This document shows positions 1 through 12,378 of a stretch of 64,000 nt of DNA, one piece after another. Below the pieces are notes generated by a model. That model was not told where the DNA came from, made no database searches, and saw only the letters and a program-made list of their open reading frames with translations. The stretch comes from Octopus sinensis (Eukaryota). Every line of letters starts with the position of its first letter. Position 1 is the stretch's first letter. Location: the NCBI RefSeq assembly GCF_006345805.1, contig NC_043003.1:83886001-83950000 (forward strand), written 5' to 3'. A program made the position numbers and the translations under genes.

Positions 1-3000
1 GGGATGGATACAGCTGAAATGTCTTTGATCATCACAGGTATGTTCAATACAAGGCCAGATATTAGAAAACAGGTGCAGTGAAGAGTACAGCTGACCCTAT
101 TTGGTCCCAGTGGGATCATAATCAGAGAAAAAAGAAGACAAAATATGTTAAGTCATTTAGTCAGTGCCCCATTGTTTCCCACAACTTCATATCACACTGG
201 TTAAAATTCTATTAAAAGTACTTATATGTAGTGTAACCCAGCCAGTTAGAAATAGCAGCTAAATCTATTTTAAATAAAAGACAAACTGGCAGAATCATTA
301 GGGTGTCATCCAAAATACTATGTAGTATTTATTCCACAACAACTTTCCTTCTAATTTTCTTGCAGTGGGTCCTCCTCCTCATCTTTCTTTAACATCCATG
401 TTCCATGCTGGCATGGACTGGACTGTTTGGCAAGATCCAATGGGTTCAAATGCTGCATCAAGCTCCAGTCTTTGCTTTGGTTTGATTTCTACAGCTGGAT
501 GCCAAATCAGACTGGAGCATGGTGCAGCCCCTCAGCTTACCAGCCCTGGTCAAACCATCCAACCCATGCCAGCATGGATAATGGACACAAAATGATGATG
601 ATGATTTACAGGTACCGCACTCCACACTCATATCTACTATACCCCACCCTCACACCTGCCGTATTGCGCTCTTCTCATACGTGTTGTTCATCACAAAAGA
701 TGATGAACTAATTAGAAGTTATGAACTTACCAAACTCCAATCAACTGTTCAAAGGTAATTAATCTAACAGCTGTTTGTTATCTACTAAGATAAAGTTATC
801 TAATTTGTTACGTATTTTTTTCAGTTTCTAATCAACAACACCACTTAACATTACCCATTTACTTATCACCAACGAAGCCTCAATTGAATTCAATAACTTT
901 ACTGAAAAGGCCTCTGGCTACAAAATTCAGTCTCAACCCAACCCATGCCAGCATGGAAAAACATGCAAAAATGAACGAACATGGAGTTGTTTTAATTCTT
1001 TTATCTGTTTAAGTCATTAGACTGAAACCAGCCTGGGGCACTGCTTTGAAGTGTTTAGCTTGCAATACTAGGGGGCGCACACTCTCCTACCCTGATGTAA
1101 TCTCCAGGGATACAGGCATCCAGCAACAGGACCTCCGTAATACCATGATGGACCGTGAAGTCTGGCGTAGCATGGTAAATTCCATTGTCTCGACCACGGT
1201 CGAACAATGATGATGATGATTAGCTGGGTGAATTGACCTCAGTTTTTGTTTTTGTTTTAAAAGTCTGGTACTAATTCTATTGGTTGCTTTTGCCAAACCA
1301 CTATGTTGTGGGGATGTTAACAAACCAACACCAGTTGTTGAGCAATGGGGAGACAAACATAAAATGAGAGACACCATGCTAGTGCATCGCTTTGAAGTGT
1401 TTTTGTCACACAATTCGACCCCCAGGACTTATTTTTAACCCTAGTACTTATTCTATTGGTCTCTTTGCCAAACTGTTAAGTTACGAGGATGTAAACACAC
1501 TAAGACCAGTTGTCAAGCGATGACACACACACACACAAACATACACACATATACAAGCTTCTTTCAGGTTCCGTCAACCAAATCCACTCACAAGGCTTTA
1601 GTTGGTCTGAAGCAATAGTAGAAGACACTTGCTGAAGGTGCCACGCAGTGGGACCGAACCCACAACCATGTGGTCGGGAAGCAAGCTTCTTGCCACACAA
1701 CTGCTTCATTGCAGTTTCTACCAACCAATTCCACTCACAAGGCATTAATCAGCGCAAGACTATATAGTAGAAGACATTATTTGTCCAAGGGGACATGCAG
1801 TTAGGTAGAATAGGAAACTATGTGCAGATGTGAAGTTCATATTTGCACAACTATACCTGAATCAATTCCCCTGCACTGAAAATGTAAAGCTTTTATATTT
1901 GATTAGAAGACAAATAACATTCTAGCTAAATTTCCATTTTTCTACATCTACTGCTAAACCACCACCCTCTAAACCACCATTACTAAATTTTGTTAAGTAT
2001 TTGATCACCTATTTCCTTCTATTTACAATATACTGAATAAAAGGCATTTATCATTTATTGAATAAAATCAATAATCTATCTAAAAATTGTTTCGTTTTAG
2101 CTTACATTGATTTTTTTCTGTATTTACATGAATGAATTGCTTTGTTGTCGATACAAATCATTTTCACAGCTGGTGAACTTCCAACTGCAATCATTCAACC
2201 ATAAACCAAGAATAAAGCCTGTTTATGTTCCCCAATCAAACAGAAATAAGGAGAGGTCAAGCGTCTTGTTCCATGGCACAATTAAAATTTGAACTTTTGA
2301 CCAAGAGGTCAACAGCTGGAAAAATTAATCCCACCTGTATTATGCAACACAATGGATTAGTGAGATTATTGTAAATAAACATGAATAAAGAGCTTTTATA
2401 AGTGATTTGTATGCTATATTTAATAACTATTCATTGCTGTGTTGAGCAGAGCTATCACCCTCTCCAATCATGTAAAAAAAAAACAACAACCATGAAGCTA
2501 AAAAAGTAATAATGAATTTCACAAACCCAGACACATTTCCGACAATCCATAAAACTATTACAATAAGTTCAGAACACTATATTTCCAATAGCAATGGTAA
2601 ATACAGAGGAGAACAAACAATAGCCTGTCATGTTTGAACCATGAGTTTACTTAACATGTCTGAACTTAAACTTACAAGAGGTGTGGGAGTGTATAGGTCC
2701 AAGCTGTCACATTGCAGCTCATATGGTGTAACTACTTCCTGTTGGAGTGTAAAGGAGCTGTTATTTGCAAATGTTGAGCTGACTGACTATGCCATCATAG
2801 GTCTGCTTGAGAAGGACTGACCTTGGGTCACAGCAACAACAACAGACAAGGTGAATTGGTAGAGCCATTAGAGTATCAGAGAGCAATGCCTCATGATACT
2901 TTTTTGTAACTCTCTATGATCTGAGTTCAAATCCATTTGAATGTCAACTTTCGTTTTAACCCTTTTTTGGGGTCAATATAAAAGAACCACTTCAGCGTGG

Positions 3001-3251
3001 TGGTTCAGCAGAACTGTAAGATTGTAGGTGTGGATGCCTTGTAGCATTTACTCTGGCTCATTATAGTCTGGGTTCAAATAGTGCTATGGCCTACAAGACA
3101 ATCTATTGCCCATATTATCACCACCATCTGGCACCAGTGTGTCTATTGGAGTCCACTCTATTTCAAGCAAGCAGGCTAAGTCTCTGGTTTGAGCATGTCT
3201 TCTTCCCCCTCATCCACTAGTCTTGGAGGCCATTCCTACTCTCCTGATTAA

Positions 3252-3284
<33 letters not shown>

Positions 3285-3839
3285 GGTTAAGAAGCCTGCT
3301 CCCCAACCACAGAGTCATGGGCTCAGTCCCACTGTATATGTGGCATCTTCTACTATAGCACTGGCTGACCAAAGCCTTGTGAATGGATTCAGTAGACAGA
3401 ACCTGGAAGAAGCCTGTTGTGCATATATGTGCATGTGTGTATAAGCATTCAATGTGTTGTGTCATTGTGTTTGTCCTCCACCACTGCTTGACAACCGGTG
3501 CTGGTTTGTTTATGTCCTCATAACTTAGCAGTTCGACAAAAGAGAAGATTGAATATCAGGCCACAGTCCAATGACTGAATCAAGTAAAAGATGAAAGATG
3601 ATAACAAGTCTTGTTAATGACTCAAGTGTGAGAATTTGACACAAATAAAATAGTCAGTACCGTACTTTTTATTGTAATACCATATGTTTAACTTGGTGCC
3701 AGTCTACCAAGGAAAAGATTGAAAAAAAAAAAAAAAAGAGTAACCAAAAAGAGGAAAAAAAATCAGTGAGACAAGCCTTATGCTTTATTTTGCAAAGGTT
3801 TAATCTCATGAATAAATAGAATGACAATTCTCTGCTTAC

Positions 3840-3949
3840 CGCAAATAGCAGCACCCCATTTCTTTATTTCAACAAAATGGCAAGACAACTGTCGGCCACC
3901 ATACCAGCGACCATTAAATTTGGTAAATGCGTTGAAAGCATCCTCTTCA
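3840..3949 (-). CDS. ZRSR2: ZRSR2 exon 9 (EEDAFNAFTKFNGRWYGGRQLSCHFVEIKKWGAAIC)
   Basis: Poly-T+cccag acceptor, donor GCG|GTAAGC, 110 nt, phase 2 to 1. Confidence 0.96.
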
Positions 3950-6900
3950 CTGGGAAAAAAAAAAAAAAAAAATCAGAATAGATGTCAAATACAGAAAGTA
4001 TGTATAGCTGTAAGAATATCATAAGACAAATGCTATTATAAGAGCCCATTTTAAGGTGACAAGCTGGAAGAATCATTAGTGTGGGGGACGAAATGCTTAG
4101 TGGTATATCACCCATTGCTACATTCTGAGTTCAAATTCTGAGGTCGACTTTGCCTTTCATTTTTTTCAAGGTCAATAAATTAAGTCCCAGTGAAATACTG
4201 GGGTTGATGTAATCAACTAGCCTCCTCCCCAAGAATTTCAGGCCTTGTACCTATAGTAGAAAGGATTATTAGAGCCCATTTTTTCCCCAAATTCCGCCAA
4301 GGTTGACTTTACCTTCCATCTGTCTGGGGTTGATAAAATAAGTACCAGTTAAGTACTGGGGGGGGGGGGGGGCTGATGTAATCAACTTAACCCCCTCCTC
4401 GAAATTACTGGCTTTGTGCTAAAAATTTGAAACCATTATTAGAGTCCATGTCTACAGTGGAGTCTTTTAAAATTATTGTTTTAATATTTATTTTTCTAAG
4501 CTAAAGCTGATGAGATAGAAGTTTATTGTTTTTAACATCTGAGATGCTCATGAAATTGGAAAGAAAGACAAACACTGCAAAACATTCAGTTTGCAAAATG
4601 GAAAAAGTAAGTTGTACTTTGATATTATTTGCATAGCCTTATGCAAATGATATGACTTTCTCCTCAGCCTTCTATTTCAAAATGTGTATGTGATTGTGGC
4701 TACTACAGTAGAATCTGCTTCTCAAAATAGTCTGGTTTCATGCCACTTCCAATCAGTCCTTCCTGAGTTTCTTGTCTCACCATCTCCAATCATATATGCT
4801 GTGTCCATCCCCATTCCTTGCCAAGCACTAACCACATTTCCTGGAAGGGTCAGTCCTAGAGAAATGCTTCCTTTCCATTTTTCGCCTACAGCTGTTCATT
4901 AATATCAATCATGTTGAGCACAAATCTCAGAGGGCCTGTGAAGGCCTCATCTTCCACAGCAAATCATTTGAAATAAGGAAAGTATTATCTTATAGCAGGA
5001 TGTGATCTGTCAAGTTCACCATTTTGCTGTGATGTAGACACGGAACCTATTTTTGTCTGTTCGATAAAATAAGACTAGCAGAGTTATCTACCTTGTCCTG
5101 ATACTTTGCTATAGCTGACAAATTATCATGAACATCCTGTGATAAGTAGTCTAACATCTTGACCTGACATTTATTGTGATCAATTAATGTTAAGAAGCTC
5201 AGGTTTACCACTGGAATAATAATTCTCTCTAACTACTTTTAGGGAATCTCTATGAAGTGACACTACATGCAAGAAATAGCAGTAAAATCTCCCTCAAATC
5301 ACACCCAACTATCTTAAAGAAAAGGGTAATATGATTTCGTTAAATTTCTTTCAATCACTTATAACATGCAAATGACACTCAACAACTGGAAGCCACTTAC
5401 GCCTGCCTCGCCTAAGGAAATAGTTAGTACAGTATTTTCTGTTTTTTAGATGTTGTGGTGTAGTTTAAGGAAGATTTGGCTGCCATTTCTAGCAGGTCAA
5501 GAGATAATGTAAAATTTTTGCCTTCATTGTGCATGCTTATTGCCATGACAACAAACAATTGTGACTTCCGATATGTGGCAATGGAAGTTTTTGATTGGCT
5601 AAAATTACATCACTTATGATGCTTGTAACTTCTTTATTGTTAATTTCTAGAAAAAAAAATTAATGTGATTTTCATCAAAAAATTAATGTGATTTTCATGT
5701 AAAAACTACTTTAAAAAGAAAATGTGGTAAAAATTTGAAATGCTGCAAGTCATTGAAAGAAATTTGATGAGATCTGGATAATGTAGTTCAGAGTACATTA
5801 TGCCTGGGAGAAAAGAAAAACAATAGATAACCAAAGCTTGAATAAAGTTGATCAAAGATCTGGTGTCTAAGAGCTGATTTGGGTTAAACAACAACGTGAA
5901 AATAGCCAATAAGGGTGGTCTTTAGTGGATAATCAGCATGGCAGAAATAGCAGCTAAATCTCCTACCATAATGAAAAAAGAGGGACACTTAGATAATGCA
6001 GTCCTAGTATGATATGCCTGAGAAAAAGATGGGACAGGCAGTGCTAGAATGTCTTTGCTTGATCAAGGCTGACCTCAGGTTAAACAGCAACATTAAAACA
6101 GCTAAGGGAGTCTTCACATGACTTGCTAGAAATAACAGCTAAGTTTCTTTCAAAAACCATTCTACAATCTTAAAAAAAGTGAAAGGATATATGATACATG
6201 ATTGATTAGTCATGGTGGGAACGCTTTTGACCATAGATGAATCAGCTGGATCAAAGCTGATTTGTAGCTAAACAATAATATCAAAATGACTGTCTTCAAT
6301 CTTTTAGTTGACTGAATTGACCTCAGTACTTCTTTTTGGTTAAGAAAACAAGTTAACATAGTTCAAAACAGGTAGTACTTGCCAGGTAAAGTTGAATTAA
6401 TATAAAGGGGATGGGGATTATCATTTCAGTAAATCATCAACCAGCCAGGTGCCCTCCTTGCGTTCAGGGACTGACTTTCCAAGACACTTCAGTTCTCTCT
6501 CTGTGTTGTGTTGCATACATGCATACAACTAATCAGGCTCTTGTTTCCAGTCCTTTCCGGATATTGTTAGTCTAAAGATGTCTTTGACAGCCTCTCATTC
6601 TCTTCCTTTCCACATCTCTGATATGTCCAAAACATAACTTTGAGGACTTTATTCTCAACAATGGCTGTCTTTGGACTTTCAGCTTTTCTAGGACTGCAGT
6701 GTTCATTATCTAGTCTTTCCAGTTTATTCTGTCTAATCTATGAAAGTTCCACATCTCAAAGATTTCTGTCTTCTTCCCCATTGCTGTGTACACTGTCCAA
6801 ATTTTTATCCTGTAGAGGACAACTGGCATAATCTAACAGTTTATTAGCCTCAATTTTAGGTGCAGTGTTATATATCTTTGAGGTGAAGAGCTGTTTCATT

Positions 6901-9900
6901 CTTATAAACACTGTTTATAAATGTCTTATAAATGTAGATATCTACATTCCAGTAGATATCAATTAATTGAATAACTTATGAGGAATGACCTAATGAAGGA
7001 AGCTCTACATAGTTACTCAATTTGCTAGAAATAACAGCCAAATATCTAACAAATCACATGACCATTTACATTGAATAGTATAGCCCTTGATACACAATGC
7101 TTAAGTTTAAGATGGAAACCACCCTGCTTTTCAACCAAAGGCTAAACAACCTCAAATAATCAAAAACTATATTGATTTCTTACTTAGCTACAGAAAGTGG
7201 GGGATGTAGATAAGGTTTACAAAGAAGGAAAATGAGACTGTGATGGTCATGGCTTTCACAACAAGAACATTGGAGATTGGTGTATTAAGAAAAAAGAGAG
7301 CAACTTACGTTTTGAATTGTACGTAAACATTACCACGGAGATGAGGTTCATAATTACAAGATACTTTGAACTGAACAACTTGTGCCACTGCTTTGAACTC
7401 AGGTAAAACATCTTCATAGAATTCCTTGAAATTTTCATAAATTTCTCCTTCTTCAAATTCAAGTGTTAAATCTACAAAAAGTATAGAAATTTCATAATTA
7501 TATATATATATATAATTTCACCATGTTGAACTGTTAATGCCTACACATTTTTTTCTCTGTTTTTACCCTTTAATCCTTTCTGTCAAAGAGCATAGGCTCA
7601 GAATGCAAAAGACTTTTCCATTCTTCTCGAGTGTTAAATTAATACTCCTGCCTGTTGTTCTTACACCTTTCTTCGTCTTTTGCTTTCTGTAAATTTGAAC
7701 TCGTGTGTGTGTGTGTGTGTTTATTATTAATGAAATGATAAGTGCCAATGCACAAACACTTGGCCCTTGAGTTACTCTGAAACCTCTGCTGATTATTAAA
7801 AATAAAATATAGAAGTGGCTGTGTGGCAAGTAGCTTGCTTACCAACCACATGGTTCCGGGTTCAGTCCCACTGCATGGCACCTTGGGCAAGTGTCTTCTA
7901 CTATAGCCTCGGGCTGGCCAAAGCCTTGTGAGTGGATTTGGTAGAAGGAAACTGAAAGAAACCCATCGTATATATGTATATATATGCTGGTGTGTTTATG
8001 TCCCCGTAACTTAGCGGTTCAGAATAAGAGACTGATAGAATAAGTACTAGGCTTACAAAGAATAAGTCCTGGCCACAGTCAAATGACTGAAACAAGTAAA
8101 AGAGTATACGTTCATGTGCACTAATACATATTCCATAATTAGTACATTTGTGTGTTAAAAATTGAGGTTGATGAGGTTGAGTGAGCTTTTGACCTTTGTT
8201 ATTTACAATATGATGGTAATATTAATGTAATTAGTAATGTACATAATTAGTACATTTATGAGTTAAAAATTGAGGTCGATGAGGTCGAGTGAGCTTTTGA
8301 CCTTTGTTATTTACAATATGATCATCATCATCATCATCATTTAGCGTCCGTTTTCCATGCTAGCATGGGTTGGACGGTTCTACTGGGGTCTGTGAAGCCA
8401 GAAGGCTTCATCAGGCCCAGTCAAATCTGGCAGTGTTTCTACGGCTGGATGCCCTTCCTAACGCCAACCACTCCGTGAGTGTAGTGGGTGCTTTTTACGT
8501 GCCACCCGCACTGGTGCCAGACAGAGCTGGCAAACGGCCACGAACGGATGGTGCTTTTTATGTGCCACCGGCACGAGGGCCAGGCGAGGCTGGCAACGGA
8601 CACGAAACGGGGCGGTGCTGGCAACGGTCGCGAAACGGAAAGTTCTCTTACATGCCACCGGCACTGGTAACACATCTGCAATTTCCATTGATCGATTTCC
8701 ATTGATCGATTTCGATTCTGATCCTCACTTGCCTCAATGGGTCTTCACAAGCAGAGTTTCGACATGCCACCGGCACTGGTAGCACATCCGCAATTTCCAT
8801 TGATCGATTTCGATTCTGATCCTCACTTGCCTCAACACGTCTTCACAAGTAGAGTTTTGTGTCCCAAGAAGGGAAGGTATGCATACGTAGGCTGGCTCCA
8901 TCCCATGTAGAAGGCCACGGGTTGTGGACTCACTTGTCCTGCCGGGTCTTCTCGCGCACAGCACACTTCCAGAGGTCTCGGTCTCTAGTCATTTCCTCAG
9001 TGAGACCTAAAGTTCGATGGTCGTGCTTCACCACCTCGTCCCAGGTTTTCCTGGGTCTGCCTCTTCCACAGGTTCCCTCAACCGCTAGGGTGTGGCACTT
9101 TTTCACTAGGTAACGGAAACTATCAACTATTTCTAGTTTTTCTCCCTGGAAAGTGACGGAAGTTGGTCTCAGAGCATTTTCAGTGTTTATTGTTCCTGAG
9201 CATCTGCCACATACAAAAACCATCTTCCTAGTTAGCCTTCCTTTGACATTGCTGCATCTCTTATGTGTCCATAGCTTACACTTGGTGCATCTTATAGAGT
9301 TTCTACCTACACCTTTTCTACAGATCGAGCAGGGCCATCTACCTGAAGGTGTTTGTGATTTGTCTACCTTCCTACTGATTACGACTTTGGTTTTAGCTAG
9401 ATTGACTCTGAGGCCCTTCGATTCTAATCCTTGTTTCCACACCTGAAACTTCTCCTCCAGTTCTGATAGCGACTCAGCAATTAGAGCAAGGTCATCAGCA
9501 TAGAGGAGCTCCCAAGGGCATCCTGTCTTGAATTCCTCCGTTATTGCCTGGAGGACTAAGATAAATAGGAGGGGGCTGAGTACTGAGCCTTGGTGGACCC
9601 CTACCTCTACCCGGAATTCTTCACTGTACTCATTTCCAACCCTCACCCTACTGGTAATATTAATGTAATTAGTAATGTAAGATTAAGATAAACAATAATC
9701 ATTGATTTCTAATTGACTGATAATGTAGATATCACTTATTTGTCTACTTCATATTTCGAGAGGAAAACAACAAAATCCTTCTTTCATCTGACAAGGTCTA
9801 ACTACAGTTAAGTAATGAGGGGCCAGCACCAATTAGGAATGCAGGCTTTGATAAGACTGATATAGTCGATTTTTAGTTTAAACACATGCAAACCAATGTC

Positions 9901-12340
9901 TGAAGGAAAACATATCATCATCATCATCAACGTCCATCATTTGTTCACTGTTCCATGCTTGCATGGGTTGGTCAGTTTTGTTGAGATGGATTTTCTATGG
10001 CCAGATGCCCTTCCTGTCACCAACCCTCACCTTTTTCCAAGATATGTTATTGGAGAATGAAGACACCACTTGCATGACAGTGATGCTCGTTTACAACTAT
10101 CACAAGATGTCAAGTCAAGGAGACAGTAATATAAATGCATGCACGCACACACATACACAAATATACACCTATACACTATGGGCTGCTTTTAATTTCCATC
10201 AATCAAATCTGCTCGCAAGGCTTTGGTCAGCATGTGGCTATGGCAGAAGACATTTGCCCAAAGTGTTATACCATGGGACTGAACCCAAAGCCATATGATT
10301 ATGAAGCAAACTTCTTACTATACAGCCATGCATGTGGAAAAAACAAAAAGGAGTTCAGAAAAGTTAACATTCTTATTTCTTTAATGCCCACAAGGGCCTA
10401 AACACAGAGGGGACAAACAACGAGATTAAGTCGATTACATCAACCCCAGTGCGTAACTGGTACTTGATTTATCGACCCTGAAAGGCAAAGTCGACCTCGG
10501 TTGAATTTGAACTCAGAACATAACGGCAGACGAAATACTGCTAAGCATTTCACCCGGTGTGCTAACGTTTCTGCCAGCTCGCCATTAAAAGTTAACATTC
10601 TGGGGAGCAAGGATTGGAAGCAGGATTGGAGCTGCAGGTGGGGAAGTATAGGTGACAAAAAGAGGACAAGGTGGTATTCAGGTAAATTTCATCATCATCA
10701 TCATCATCATTTAACGTGTTTTCCAATCTGGCATGGGTTGGACAGTTTGAGAGGAGCTGACCGAGCAAAGGGTTGTCCAAGCTTCATGTCCGTTTTGGCA
10801 TGGTTTCTACAGCTGGATGCCCTTCCTATTGCCAATCTCTTTACTGAGTTTGCTGGGTGCTTTTACGCAGCACTGGCACAGGTGCTTTTTACACGGCACC
10901 AGCACTTATGAGCCCACAAGATCAGGGATGCTCAGCTTGAGAGGGCTGCAAGGGACAAGCTTGTAGGCAAGGGAACCATGCTTTTACTTAGCTTGACATG
11001 TCTTTTCAAGCACAGCAAACCACCAGGAGTCTCGGTCCCCTGTCATCCCCACCATGACTTCTAATGAGTCACTTAACATTTCACAATACTCAGCTACTTA
11101 CATGGCTGAGTATTTCACAGCCATATGTACTCTTAACATAATTCTTAAGTAGAATAAGTGACACAATGCAACAAGGCTGACCTTTTGAATTACAAGTACA
11201 GTTTACTCCAATGGGCTTCCATAATGTCCACATATCCAATTTCACTAGCAAAACTGCATCAAACCAAAGCCATTGTAGAAAACATTTGATCAAGACACCA
11301 CTCAATGGGATTGAACTCAAGACCTTAAGATTGTGCAGCAAACCTCTTAACCACTCAGCCATGACACACATAGAACAATGTGTTGACAGTAATAACAAGA
11401 TAATATATTCACCAGTATCATAGTCATCTTGGGCATTATCCAATGTCATGTGAGTGTACATTCCAGGAAAAACTAAAGTGGTACACACCTCTGGTTCAGG
11501 ATGGTTTCGAGAGCATCTACAATACATACAGACATAATCAATTTTATGAATATAAACACATTAAGTTCTACTTTATTATAATAACTAAGAAAAACAAAGT
11601 GTTTATCACTGAATAAATAACAGCAATTTTTTCCCAACAAAAATGAACTGATGTTAAGTAATTATAGCACTTATGATAGCTTCAATAACATTTTCTTGGC
11701 TGGTTTAGTTATAAACAATGAAGAACTACTCAAAATAAGGAGAGAAAAGTAAAACTTTGAACAGCAAAAGAAGTCAGTTACACAGTTACAATATAAACTG
11801 TAAACAACTAGCCTGAACAGAGAAAGAAAATATAGAGACAGAGAACAGAGAGAAAGGATGAAAATTTTATATATATCATCATCATCATCATCATTTAGCG
11901 TCCGTTTTCCATGCTAGCATGGGTTGGATGGTTCTACTGGGGTCTGAAAAGCCAGAAGGCTTCATCAGGCCCAGTCAAATCTGGCAGTGTTTCTACGGCT
12001 GGATGCCCTTCCTAACGCCAACCACTCCGTGAGTGTAGTGGGTGCTTTTTACGTGCCACCCGCACAGGTGCCAGACAGAGCTGGCAAACGGCCATGAATG
12101 GATGGTGCCTTTTATGTGCCACCGGCACGAGGGCCAGGCGAGGCTGGCAACGGACACGAGCGGATGGTGCTTTTTACGTGCCATCGGCACGAGGCCAGTC
12201 GGGGTGGTGCTGGCAACGGTCGCGAAACGGAAGGTTCTCTTACATGCCACCGGCACTGGTAACACATCTGCAATTTCCATTGATCGATTTAAAAATATGG
12301 AACGCTTCACGAATTTGCGTGTCATCCTTGTGCAGGGGCC

Positions 12341-12378
<38 letters not shown>

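Noticed and set aside
950-985. Minus-strand FLHVF, resembling the missing ZRSR2 second zinc finger (CNFLHVF)
   Set aside because: It is part of an RTE/SINE tail (ttccatgctggcatggg), lacks the Cys residues, has no acceptor and hits a stop within a few codons. The next exon is presumed to be off-window.
12291-12378. Functional U6 snRNA gene
   Set aside because: The first ~19 nt (5' stem-loop) are replaced by (TA)n, no PSE/TATA is visible upstream, and the 3' end is fused to a LINE.
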